From the NCBI GenBank assembly GCA_002269645.1, contig NIVC01003517.1, positions 1 to 64,000 of the forward strand: a stretch of 64,000 nucleotides of DNA, in the 5' to 3' direction. Below are positions 1 through 12,570 of this stretch, one piece after another. The position numbers and the translations under genes are program-made. Position 1 is the stretch's first letter. Each line of letters starts with the position of its first letter. The notes beneath the pieces were generated by a model. It was given only the letters and a program-made list of their open reading frames with translations. It was not told where the DNA came from and made no database searches. This DNA comes from Macrostomum lignano. Taxonomy: Eukaryota.

Positions 1-2057
1 TACAGTACACGCTATATTAATTTCAAGGAAATAAAAAAACACGTTGTTTGTCTGCTTGGTATTTTTATCACAATTCAGCTGAATTTGGACATTATTAGGC
101 AGCACAAAACTACATCACAATAGAGTGACAAGAACGACCCACACAAACTGAAAGTCGACTTAATTATACTTTCTGACACACCTACTGACCAAAAATGATG
201 TCCATAACATACTTCTGAAGAGTCAGGATCAACATTTGAATGTCGGCTTCCAAAATATTTTCCACTAATCACGAGTTTAGCGTCCTGGTATACTGCTAGT
301 GGTCCTTGTGCCTGCAGCGTCTACAGCTGCACTACCTGTACCGGAGTACGACTGAGATGCTTTGGCTGGTCAGATGGAACTTCCAATGAGCACAATGACC
401 TGGTGCGCCGGATGACCTGGTGATAGCCTCCAAAGTTAATGGCAGTAAACAAAACTGCAAATATTCGAAGTTTTGAATTTTAAAACTTAAAAATAATTCA
501 ATGAGCTATGAGTTATGAGCACTGATTTTTTGAACTGGTAGATTCTAAAAAAATTACAAGGCTGAAGATATGAGCCATTGATTAACTGCTCATATCTTTA
601 GCATTATAGAGTTCCAGAGAGACTGCAACTTCGTCCCGTATAGTTTCTCGCAGATTTCAACTTGACAGAGGATCGGTGTGGCTTGTTCGTACCCAATGTC
701 GATGGTGTTAAACACGACTGAGTCCACAATGCCCAACGCTCTTCGGACAACGCCTCTGGCATCCAGGTGCAAGTCTACGAGCTGAACCACAATACGAAGT
801 ATCCTCATGAAAAATCTGGTTGCCTTCTTTAGTTGGTTTTATCGATTCCTCGCCTTCTGTCTGCGCTCTCTTTTCGAAGACAAAAAGCTTGCCAGAAAGT
901 GTTGAGGAATTTTTAGATGGGGAAAGATGTTTTTTGCTAATTTTTCATGCAGGTTGTAGTTTCGGATCAAACAAATTTTGATACCACTCAAGAAAAAACT
1001 TCATACCACAGTCTTGCCCTATTAGCGCCTGCGGCCCCCAGTCTGTCCAGGAGGACCCGTCGATACGTGGACTGCATCCGGAGCGACGCTCAGGACACCA
1101 ACACTCACTGACACCGTCAGTGGGACAGCCGGACTTTGTTCGCTCGTTGGCGCTTCGGTGTGCCATCTGACGCCCCCTCCACTGATTTACTCGTACTGGG
1201 CGGACTGCGTAGTTTTGCTGTTGTGGCCGAAAGCACAATTACGTCAACGAACTAGCTGGGTACAGTTAAGCAAAGTGCAGCAACACTTGAACAAAAAAGA
1301 AGAATGAAACAACACCAACAGGCACTCATACGTCGCTCAAATTCGAGCTAACGCAAAGTCTTAGCAAACGAATAAGAACTCATTTCTACCTCTGCAAAGT
1401 GCCCCCTCAGTCTATCCCAGCGCGGCATTGTGTAGGAGAGACTGATTAAGTTTGCCAGATTTTTATCTCGTAGCAAAAACAGAAAAAATAACAAGAAATA
1501 ACAGAACCGTACGGTCATACGTACGCGCACTTTTCCCTACCCCTTGGACTCGCATGCTTAGCTATTTTATTTTTTTAGATTATTTTACAGCTTCATTTCT
1601 TAACAGGATCGCCCCTATCTACACAATAGTGCTGAGACGGCGTTTAAGCAAAATTACACTGCAGCAAAATGAGTCGGAGGGGTGCCAGAAAAAAAATTGG
1701 TTAAGATTTTGTTAAGATCATGCAGAGAATCAGACACTCAACGTCAGTTCTTTCATAGAAGTACTCCGTCTCTACCCTTCTGTCTCTATCTAGTCTAGCT
1801 AAGTGTGTATACCTTTGATTCACTGGTACTCAACGTGAAGTAGCCAATAGTATGCCTGCACAGAAATAAATGGGGTGATATATCTTTGTCTTGTCAGGTA
1901 AGAACATACTTGTAGGTTCTTAGTTTAGCTACTAGTTTAAACTAATATGTATCTATTCGATGTAAAATATCACTAAAGCGATTGGAATGAGTCTGGAATA
2001 CAACTTACCCAATGAAGTAAGTACGCTTATAATGAGAAATGTCTAAAATGTTTAATT

Positions 2058-2812
2058 TTGCTTACTATCTTCCATCCATTTAACAAAACATCTGTTGACG
2101 TTTCCACCCTCAAAAAGGGCCCAAACGTCGATCCCGACTCCACTGCCGATACCCTGTGCAGACTTGCTCAAAAAGGTGATCACACGCAACTTTTGCGTCG
2201 GATTACTTTCGACAACTGCGGAGCACAGAGACTGAGCGATGGCCTGACACCTCTGATTTGCGCTGCAAATGCGACCAGAAGGCCAACTGAAAGCCACAGC
2301 ATCTGCGCCGAGCTTATCTTGCAGAAAGCGGAAAATCCAGAAGCCAGAAATAATCTGGCCAATGCGAGGGACCTCTCGGGCCAGTCCTGTCTACACCACG
2401 CTGCAGCGTCAGACAATGTGCAAGTTCTGGAGGCGGCACTGCGAGCAGGGGCGCAAGTGAATGCACTGGACAAGTCTGGCCACTCTGCTCTCTACATGGC
2501 CGTCCAGCGAGTAAACAGAAACGCTGCAAACCTGCTGCTAAAAGCGGGCGCTGATCAAAGCCACGGCGGCGGAGAAGGTCAGAGTCCCGCGGAGCTGCTG
2601 GCCAATCAGGAAGCGGAAGTTCAGAAACTGCGAGAAGCCTTCAAAGGTCCCGAGAGCATTCACAAATTCTTCAATCGAGAAGAAAGGAGTGCAGAGCTAT
2701 TGATCCCGTTACTGCAGTCAGTGATGGAGCGTCAGTCAACTGACGTATCATCGGAGCGTCTACTGAAACTTGTAGTAGACAAGATCAACGAGACAAAGTA
2801 CATCCTTAAACG
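2058..2812 (+). CDS. Ankyrin-repeat exon (module 1)
   Basis: Motifs GLTPLICAA, GQSCLHHAA...ALRAGAQVNALDKSGHSALYMAV...LLLKAGAD; donor CG/GTAATT after 2812. Confidence 0.9.
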
Positions 2813-5800
2813 GTAATTAATTGCTTAGGTAATACTCGTATCTTTCTTAATTGATTAAAAGCCTGGCGTCTCAGAGAGATAGTAGCATACGCTCGTATAA
2901 ATGGATTACTCTATCCGACCTTTCCGTGTTTTAGGCTGGAGAGTAGGTTTCAGGGACTTGCATGGTGGACTGCGAGAGCCGGATAGCCAGAGATCACTGG
3001 CCCAGATCGATGAGGGAAAGGCTCTATAGGCTGCTAAGATGCTGCCAAGATGCATTTGCTGATCTTCGGGCCGCTGTAGGGGACTAAATGGAGGCTGCCA
3101 CTCACGGAAAATCACGGGGCGTCATTTTCCTCTCTATCGAGGCAGGGAGCCCCGCCCTGATGATTGGGAGTGCTGAGCTGGCTGGAGAGTTGCCTATAGC
3201 CGAAGATGGGACTCTGCTTGAACGTTCATCGGGAGTCTGACACTCCAAATAGAGGACTTTTCAGCAGGGGATACTTTGTGACTGTTTCTGACAAAAATTC
3301 CAGTAAAATACATGTACCAGTCTGCTAAAATACTACTTCGTAAGAGTAGCGTGAGGATGTGTGAACTCTATATGGCTCCAGTTGCTCAGTGTGAGAAGAG
3401 TCCTACATCAGGGGATTGCGATACTTTTAGCTAACAGATCTACATGTATATTTGCTACTATAGAGTACTCTCAGGCGCCTTTTCAAGCCTACCCCAACCT
3501 CCTCATGCCTCACTGCACTAGGGAGAGGCTTATCAATTAAGTCATTCTCTGAATTGAGGGAATTCAAATGAAGGATTTAACAATTCAGGCAAAAAAGCGG
3601 AATGCAAAAGATTTCGTGCTAATAAAGTGGGTGTTAGAAAATCAAGAAATAGAAGGAGTCCGAGCAAGGGTGATCACGCAGATAGGGTGTGATTATAACA
3701 GTTTTTTATTCCTGCTATCTGCTCACAAGCCAGAAATAATTTTATAACACACCGGCCTCTAAGGGCCCAAATATGAGTGTGATGTATGAGTCTCCGAATC
3801 TCTGTGCCGCAAAATTACTCAAGGCAAGCAATCTGGTTTAGTTGGCAAAATGAAGAGCTATGCATAGGTTGAGCGGGCCAGGGTTATCACTCGAGCAGCT
3901 TTCTCTGTCCCGTTGTTAGGCAATCATATCACCCCCCCCGAAGCATTGCTGCGAGTCTACTGTGTCACGCGTTCGCAGGCTGCTGACTTGGCTTTCGAAC
4001 CTCAGCTTTGTTATCTGTCCTTTAGTATAGCGCTGATCTGGCTGGATAGCATCGGTCGAGGCGAGAGGAGGCCGTTGTTTTTTCGCTTCGATGTAAGCAC
4101 AATTCCAGTGCTTACAGTAATAACCTACCATCAGGCTCCTGCGTGTGCAGTTGAGTGAAAGATAGAATTTGGGAAACCACTTACGTGAATGAGAACTAAC
4201 AGTAGTCACAAGAGAGAATGGAAATTGGCAGGGAAAAGGGCGAGCAATTGGGAGATGGGTGAGCAGTTAGGGGTGCGCGGGGGAAAAGAGTGAGCATTTT
4301 TATGGGTAGAAATGGTAGGAATAATAAGAGAGAGAAAAGGGTGAGAGAAGTAATTAATATGAGTGAGAAGGGACCGCATTGTGCAATTTTTATGTGGAGA
4401 AAGGAAAAGGGGAAAGCGTTTAGAATGCGGGGAAAAACAAAGGAACTAAGAGGTAGTTAAATTAAGACAGAGGCGCGAGACTACACGGACAGCCGCAGGT
4501 ACAGTCACGGAGTGATGGCGAGTGCTATGGCGGAAGACAGCGGCGAGGTGGGGAGTTGAGCCCAACCCGAACGCGAAACCCCCCGTCACCGAAACCCAGA
4601 CCGTGGTTATAACAATATCATTCATAGATCGAATAGAAACTACTGAGAGAGGGCGAGCACCTCTCAGTCTCGGTGAGCCCATGCCCCAGTCACCGGTGCT
4701 GGTGGCAGACTGGCGATGGTCTTGTATGTACATGTGCAAGCCAGAAATTAACTTCGAAATATGAAAATTCCAAAATAGAATAATGCCATTTCCGACAGTC
4801 ACAAATATCCCCAGTTTTTCCATATTGGTCATCCTACTCGTATTGCATCTGAAATTTTACAGGTGGCTTCCGAATCCGATTACGGCCGATTTCAAAGAGG
4901 TTTCGAAGAGGAGGCGAAAAAGCTTCGCAAGTGGAAATTACTGCAATATGTACACAACTGAAATGGAGCCACCAGGTTTGCCAGTTGTTGTCCGAGTTCT
5001 CAAGAACGTCAAGAACACGGAGATATTTAAGCAGGAAAAGCGCGGCTTGGAGGCGCTGAAGAAGACAAAACATCGCAACATCGTCCAGTTTCTGTCGGCC
5101 AATGTCAGCGAGAGAGAATTCGAAATCTTTCTCGAGAAGATTGAAGGAAAAACAATGAAGCAACACCTTGAAGTCAGTGGACCTCTCCCAGAGTCAACGA
5201 TACGTCGTTACTTCCGTCAGGTAAAAAACAGCTTTACTGTTGAATTCCGCCTGTACAGCAATTCGACGTCGCTGGCAAAAAAGAAAATAGGTACTTCTAC
5301 ATTACAGCGAAGTTTGGTCGACGCATAACGTCGTAACCTGTCACCGTAATGTGCTCATAAAATGACCCATTTTGCCAGCAACGTCCATCGACGCCAAGTA
5401 CTCCTAGGTCGGCGGACGTCGGAATGTTGCGCAGGCCATACTAAAAGAATCTCATTTACGCACACTTTCTGTTTCTCCTCCTCTTTAGATAGCCAGCGCT
5501 CTCTGCTACCTGCACAACCACCCGTTTGGACCAATCATACATAAAGACATTCGATGTGAAAACTTTATGCTAACTTACGGCGGATTCGTGAAGCTGATTG
5601 ACTTTGGATTTGCTCTGTTAAGTGGAAGTATGTGGCCCGAGGAACCACTGTCTGGGGACCCTGGTCACATGGCACCAGAGCTTTCTGGCAACCGGACCTA
5701 CACACCATCGTCAGACATTTGGGCAACTGGCTGTGTGCTCTACGACATGTCAATGGGCACAGATCCGTCCGTGAAATCAGCACCTGATGACGCCGATCTT

Positions 5801-8800
5801 GATGCTATTCAACTTAATCTTCGCTCTTTTCGTTTTCTTCGCAAGCTGCCAGTGCCACAAATTCAACCAGCCGAAAAATTTTCCCAAGAGCTGCTTAATC
5901 TGCACCAACAGTGCATGGAGACTGAACCGGCTAGAAGGATCAATGCTATCGGAATTTTACTGCACCCATTCTTGACAAATGTGGATAGCCAGTAAGTTTC
6001 TCGGTACCCTGAGCAAACTAATTCGTGTATTTTTTCATGAATTAATCGTGAATGCATAAATATTTAGCAGAAATATGATTAACACTATACCAATTTTAGT
6101 TGCTTTTATTCAGGTTTGACAAAACAAAGCTACGTGTAAATAGTACATTGTTGCTACAATTGTCAACGTTTTCTGTAATTTTTTCATGATTGCATACAGT
6201 AGAGAACAAACAAATGACTTTTATCGGTCAATGACCATCTCGCCCAAAGTACGGTAAAAAACTAGATGGTTTGTTCTGCTGGTGTAGAGCCACCTTTGAA
6301 ATAATCTAAGTTTAGCTCCCATAAGAAAAATGTACATCGTGCAGTTATGAAATTTTACAATAATGCACCTTCACGGGATCTGGAACTGCAGATGTTAAAA
6401 GCCTACATTTGCGTACTCTGTACATGCAATGATTGTAATGACAGTTTAGGAAATGAGATTAAACGGAAATAAAAGAGAAAAAAGCAGAAGGAATCTGTAG
6501 GCATTTATATCCACATTCTGCTCGAAATTTGTTGTCTACCAGAAATACGATCGACCTCTCGGATCCGTCCTGTCTCCACCACGCTGCAGCGTCAGACAAT
6601 GTGCAAGTTCTGGAGGCGGCACTGCGAGCAGGGGCGCAAGTGAATGCACTGGACAGGTCAGGCCACACTGCTCTCTACATGGCCGTTCAGCGAGGAAACA
6701 GAAACGCTGCAAACCTGCTGCTAAAAGCGGGTGCCGATCAAAGCCTAAATCAGCGATTTTTTGGCAGAGAAGGTCCGAGTCCCGCGGAGCTGCTGGCCAA
6801 TCAGGAAGCGGAAGTTCAAAAGCTGCGAGGAGCTTTCAAAGGTCCCGAGAGCATTCATGAATTCGTCAATCGAGAAGAAAGGCGTGCAGGACTATTGACT
6901 CCGTTGCTGCAGTCAGTGGCGGAGCGTCAGTCAACTGACGTATCATCGGAGCGTCTACTGGAACTGGTAGAGGACAAGGTCGATGAAGTTAAATTACTAT
7001 TTGAAAGGTAAAATTGTTTCATTTTTGCAAAATTTACTACAAACGTGTTATTTTAAGTTATTAAGTCGGAAAAAGAAACATTGAAACTTATTTATTTTGA
7101 GGTAGAGGGTCACATAAACACCCTAACAAATTCTTTTAGGTGGCTTCCAAATCCGATTACGACCAGTTTCGAAGAGGTTTCGAAGACAAAACGAAAAAGC
7201 TTAGCAAAAGGAAATTTCTGCGATTTTTACGAAACTGAAACGAAGCCACCAAATTTGCCCATTGTCGTCCGCGTTCTCAGAGACTTCAACAACAAAAGAA
7301 TATTCGAGCTAGAAAAACGCGGCTTGGAGGCGCTGAAGAAGACAAAACATGTTAACATCATTCAGCTTCTGAAGGTCCACGACAGTAGGAACGAAATTGA
7401 AATGTTTCTCGAGAAGATCGAAGGGCAGACATTGCAGCAACGCCTCGAGAAAACTGGACCATTTTCGGAGATAAATATCCGAAGATATTTTCGCCAGGTA
7501 CGAGACAATCAAAATGTATAGTCGGATATACGAATATTAGGGTACACTACTAGTAGTAGGATAGCAGATTAGGCAGCTGGGCCTGTCATACATGTATCGA
7601 CTTGCGGGACTCTGGAGCATCGCTGATTATAGTAAGAGGTATTATAATATGCTACGCTCTACGATTTAGCAAATCGTCTGATCCGCGTTCAAGGCTGTTA
7701 CACGCTTACATGGAACAAAATACGAGTACTTCAACTTTCATGTTCAAAGTATAAAAATTATTGGAAACAAAATCATAACGGCTAAGAAATAACTCTTGAT
7801 TTAAGTTGAAGGATTAAGTTTTGATTTAAATTACAGAAGCCCTAAACCGTTACGAAAAGGCCATTTTTTGCTGACAATGTTTCAGCGAGACGGGACGTTT
7901 TAGTTGTTTAGCACTCAATTCCCAGCAATTCAATTCACCTTCTGGAATTCCGAATTGTAAATGAGTAAGTGTGTGTTTTGTCCGAGGTTTCACGCACAAG
8001 TTTATTGTATCATGACCTTTTTGCCCGGTCATTGTTTAATTAAATGCTACCGGAGATCGGCGAGCAAGCAAACTTCAGACAGATTTTCTTGCGCTAAATT
8101 TCATGTAGGAATTTTCTTTCATTTCTTTCGTCCATGCTAAATTTCGTCTATGGCCTAAACCAATTTGGCGCTAAAAGAAGCAAATTTTGGCAAAATTTGT
8201 TTGGGGAAACCCAGCAGTGTATTTTGAGCAGCTCTCCAACAATACAGGTACCTATGAATGCACCTCGGAAGAAACATACACTTGCTCCATTTGAGATTCG
8301 GAAGTCCAGAAAGTACAAAAGTGCAAGTATTCCCGTCCTTCTCTTTTGGTGGTTGTCAATGCTTTCAGGTTCTTATTAAGATCAACTTTTTTTATTATCG
8401 GGCGTTCCTTTTAGAATAATAAATTTAATAACTTTCGTACCATGGGTTATCTAAACCTATCCAGATTCTTCATGTTGACTTCAAGAGTCCAAATGAGAAT
8501 TTTGTACACCGTAAAATTTTGGAGTTCGAGAAATGTGAAATAAAATTGACTTTTTCACCCATATTGTAGATAGCCAGCGCTCTCTGCTACCTACACAACC
8601 ATCCGCATGGACCAATCATGCATAGGGATATTCGCTGCGAAAACATTATAATTATTCACAATGGTTTTGTGAAGCTGATCAACTTCGGATTTGCAATGCC
8701 AAGCGGAAGTATTTCCATGTCGAACGATGAACTGGCTGAGTTCTTAGGCTACATGGCGCCAGAGGTGATTTTAGAGGATAAAAAGTACGGTCGATCGTCC

Positions 8801-10840
8801 GACGTTTGGGCCGCCGGCTGTGTGCTCTACGCCATGTCAATGGGCAGAAGTCCGTACTCGTACTCAGAACCTGATGGTGCCGGCTCTAATACTTCTCAAG
8901 AAAGACTTGCCAACCTAATCGACAGGCTGTATGGGCCAGTGGCGGAAATTCAACCAGCCGAAAATTTTTCACCTGAGCTTCTTGACTTATGCCGACAGTG
9001 CATGGAGAAAAACACGGCTAGACGGATAAACGCTACTGGAATGTTGCTGCACCCATTCTTGAGCAATGGGGAGAGCCAGTAAGTGCTTTTGTAGCCAAGT
9101 GGCAGGTAATATATATATAAATACACGTTTTTGATAACTGAACTATAAAGAATCGAGATCATTGACCCTGACACAGAAACAATGCACGAACCTTATCATT
9201 GTCAACCTAGTCTTGATAAAAAACTTAGGGGTAGCAAAACTCGATTCATAGTCTGAATCCTCAATTTTTATGTTTGAATTCGACAGATAACACATAGCTT
9301 ACTGTACTTTAGTGTGACTTTATTGAAGTCTGCTAGAATTATTAGTAAATTATTGCTTTGCATGTTTAGAATTCAGTTCCAATTGTGAATCACAACTTTT
9401 GAAAGCTTTATGGTGCCATAAAGCTTAATTCACAGCTTGGGGGTTGTAGCCGAATGGTTAGAGTGTCGGACTCACGATTGAAAAGTCGGGGGTTCGATTC
9501 TCGACCCAATTGGGACAATTTGTGTCCTTGAGCAAGACACTTAAGTCTACATTGCTTCAGTTCACCTGCAGCTGTAAAATGGGTGCCAGCATTAGCTGGG
9601 GTGATTGAGGGTGTGTGTAGCGACCCCCCAGTCCTTGGACTGAACAGTCGTACGCAATAACTTCGGCTGAGCTGTCGGTTGCACATCTGCTGTACGTCTC
9701 ATCTCAATTTCAGTTGTTTTAAATATGATTTCATCAATTTATTTCAGAATTTTGCTTCGGACAGAAATTCACTCGTGGATTGAAGATGTGCCATCGGTGA
9801 TCGAGGCCCTATCCGTGTTGGTAAATTCCATAAACAAGAGTGACAAAGATAAGAAGACTGCAAAGGTATCTGGCACATCCGTGGCCGTCGGCGGTGGAGT
9901 CGTGGCGATCGTTGGATTTGCACTGCTAATCCCAAGCCTTGGAGCGGCGCTTCCAGTGGCACTCGCTGGAACTGGAGCGGCCATTGCTGGGAGCACCACC
10001 GCTGCCGGAGCTGAAATCATTGGTGGCGCTGTTCAGACTAATGGGGTTTGCAAGGCGCAGTCTCTCATTGTCGAGTTTAGAAATACAACGGAGCGACTGC
10101 TAAGAGATCAGCTTGAGTCGATCTGCTCCAGCGTGCAGATCCAGCTGATGAACCGTCAGTCCGTGATTGACCTCGAACGAGCAAGGATCAAAATCTTGCA
10201 GCTGAAAGCAGACGTCGATGAAATGATTTACCAGCTTCAAAGCTTAGGCATTTTAGAAGCTTTGGAAGCTGAAACGAAAGAAACCAGTAGTTTTGAAAAG
10301 TTTATATCAAAGATCCGTGAATTGACGAAAGCTAAGAAGACAAGGAATCCGGTAGTTGAGCTATTGGCGAAAATCATTGAACCCATCAATGTTCTGCTTG
10401 CGAACCTTGACGATGATCTGGGTGCAATGCAGAGAGGAAGATCTGTTAATGAAGAATCGTCAACAAGATTCAATCAAGAGCTCCAGAAATCGATCGGGTT
10501 TTTCTCCTCAATGCTTCGTATCCTTTTATTCGGCTCTTCTAAAGATGAATTTCACATGTACGTAGATGAAATCAAGTTTGGTCTGAGAGCAGCTACCGGA
10601 GGTGCGCAGATAAGTCTTGAGGCGACTGGCATTGCCGCAAGCTTAGCTGGAAGAATACTGGGAGTTGTGGGCTCGGCAGTCTTCACTGCTGTTGACATTG
10701 GATTCCTGGTGAAGTACTCAGCGGATCTGCACCGAGCTAGACAGGGTGAGGCCGCTGAAAAGGCCCAGCCAATTATCTGCTATAAGGAAATCTACGAGAA
10801 GCTGAGGGAAGAGGCTATGACTCAACTGGCTGAAAACTAA
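2058..10840 (+). CDS. Multi-exon ankyrin-pseudokinase-ankyrin-pseudokinase-apolipoprotein L-like protein, about 1340 aa; start codon or first exon unresolved
   Basis: Exons 2058(approx)-2812, 4863-5220, 5489-5991, 6543-7007, 7140-7497, 8570-9078, 9748-10840. All six introns are GT-AG with matching phases (2,0,2,2,0,2). Summed length 4041 nt is a multiple of 3. No in-frame ATG near 2058, so an upstream exon is likely. Confidence 0.7.
4863..5991 (+). CDS. Protein kinase-fold domain 1 (exons 4863-5220 and 5489-5991), probable pseudokinase
   Basis: KHRNIVQF, IFLEKIEG, YLH, HKDIRCEN, VKLIDFG, HMAPE, SDIWATGC, ARRINAIGILLHPF. Beta3 reads VVVR where VAVK is expected. Confidence 0.9.
6543..7007 (+). 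CDS. Ankyrin-repeat exon (module 2, N-terminally shortened copy of module 1)
   Basis: Near-identical to 2370-2812 (SCLHHAAASDNVQVLEAALRAGAQVNALD); phase-2 acceptor CTACCAG at 6542, donor after 7007. Confidence 0.85.
7140..9078 (+). CDS. Protein kinase-fold domain 2 (exons 7140-7497 and 8570-9078), probable pseudokinase
   Basis: KHVNIIQL, HRDIRCEN, VKLINFG (DFG to NFG), YMAPE, SDVWAAGC; same intron position as domain 1. Confidence 0.9.
9439..9690 (+). mobile_element. tRNA-derived SINE with CORE-like central domain (family 1)
   Basis: A box TAGCCGAATGGTTAGAG, B box GGTTCGATTCTC, CORE-like GTGTCCTTGAGCAAGACACTTAA...CTGTAAAATGGG; second copy at 29210-29478 on the minus strand. Confidence 0.8.
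9748..10840 (+). CDS. Apolipoprotein L-like terminal exon
   Basis: Gly/Ala-rich hydrophobic hairpin AKVSGTSVAVGGGVVAIVGFALLIPSLGAALPVALAGTGAAIAGSTTAAGAEII and C-terminal AGRILGVVGSAVFTAVDIGFLVKYSADLH resemble the two conserved ApoL blocks; acceptor TTTCAG at 9747. Recognised by eye, no profile search run. Confidence 0.7.
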
Positions 10841-11580
10841 ATCCGGTAATCGAAAGCTATTCCTCTATTTTAGAGGACACTATAGTGACAATGTCGAACA
10901 AAAGTAATAACTGGGATCGTGGTCCTTGCGGTTTAGGCTACATGGTTTTTATAATTATTCTTAGTCTACTGATTTTGATTTGGTAGAGTGCTGCCACCAG
11001 GTCCCTGATCTTCTCTAATCCTAGTACTTGGTGATTAGCGACTACCTTTGTGTACTGATATGGGCATTGACTACCTGTAACAGTTTTACGTATTCCCCAA
11101 CTTTATCCCCCCAGATTACCTCTTACTTTTCTAAGTTAGAATTTAGCTTCAAGACTGAAAGTTCCTTGGAAACCAACCGACGGCCTTCAATTCTCTCTTG
11201 GAGCTTCAATTGCTCGCTAATTATAAGGAAGTCTCAAATTCACGATCTAACCCCACCATAATTTTATCCCTGGCTTAAACTACTGATAGTAGTGTAAACA
11301 CATAACTGCACTATTACAATCTTTACTTTTTTGTTAGATTTTACTGCCGATTTTTGCGCAAAAATAGAAATGCTGTAAAATCACAGCGCACCAATTGCCA
11401 ATAACCTACAAAGGATTGTAATTTTGAGGTGGGAAATCGAGACTCTACTGTAATTACAGAATTATTACAGGTGAAAGCACTCGTCTTTTTCATATATTGT
11501 AAAATGCCGAGTGTGTGTTTACCCCAAAACAGTTACCCCATGTCCATAATTATTAATTTTTGGTCTCATTGTTATCTCAA

Positions 11581-12570
11581 TGTTTACCCAAGAAACTGCT
11601 ATGTATCCGTGTTTACCTAGAAAACTGCTATGTATCCGTGTTTACCTAGAAAACTGCTATGTATCCGTGTTTACCTAAGAAACTGCTATGTATCCGTGTT
11701 TACCTAAGAAAACTGCTATGTATCCGTGTTTACCTAGAAAACTGCTATGTATCCGTGTTTACCTAGAAAACTGCTATGTATCCGTGTTTACCTAGAAAAC
11801 TGCTATGTATCCGTGTTTACCTAAGAAACTGCTATGTATCCGTGTTTACCTAAGAAAACTGCTATGTATCCATGTTTACCTAAGAAAACTGCTATGTATC
11901 CGTGTTTACCTAAGAAACTGCTATGTATCCGTGTTTACCAAAGAACTGGTATGTATATCCATGTTTACCCAAAAGACTGCTATGTATCCGTGTTTACCCA
12001 AGAAACTGTTATGCATCCGTGTTTACCCAAGAAACTGTTATGTATATCCATGTTTACCCAAAAGACTGCTATGTATCCGTGTTTACCCAAGAACTGTTAT
12101 GTATCCGTGTTTACCCAAGAACTGTTATGTATCCGTGTTTACCCAAGAAACTGTTATGCATCCGTGTTTAACCAAGAAACTGTTATGCATCCGTGTTTAA
12201 CCAAGAAACTGTTATGCATCCGTGTTTAACCAAGAAACTGTTATGCATCCGTGTTTAACCAAGAAACTGTTATGCATCCGTGTTTAACAAAGAAACTGTT
12301 ATGCATTTGTGTTTAACAAAGAAACTGTTATGCATCCGTGTTTAACCAAGAAACTGTTATGCATCCGTGTTTAACCAAGAAACTGTTATGCATCCGTGTT
12401 TAACCAAGAAACTGTTATGCATCCGTGTTTAACCAAGAAACTGTTATGCATCCGTGTTTAACCAAGAAACTGTTATGCATCCGTGTTTAACCAAGAAACT
12501 GTTATGCATCCGTGTTTAACCAAGAAACTGTTATGCATCCGTGTTTAACCAAGAAACTGTTATGTATCCG
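11581..12570. repeat. 29-30 bp minisatellite array (AAGAAACTGYTATGYATCCGTGTTTAMCC), copy 1
   Basis: Directly visible tandem units; accounts for the spurious MYPCLPKK ORFs. Confidence 0.97.

Noticed and set aside
1-1750. Short ORFs and a GC-rich patch (1020-1230) faintly like an RTE RT C-terminus (RRTRRYVDCIRSD)
   Set aside because: No convincing motif set or splice-consistent model; could not assign a product or the missing first exon of the ankyrin gene.
2860-4720. Possible decayed L1/Tx1-like element on the minus strand in intron 1
   Set aside because: Only faint motif echoes (PDGRLLL, LSNFAA) among many stops; not supportable without a profile search.
9439-9510. tRNA gene
   Set aside because: tRNA-like head continues into a SINE body and has a second diverged copy; cloverleaf incomplete.
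11581-12570. CRISPR-like appearance of about 30-bp repeats
   Set aside because: Units are head-to-tail with no unique spacers, and the context is eukaryotic.
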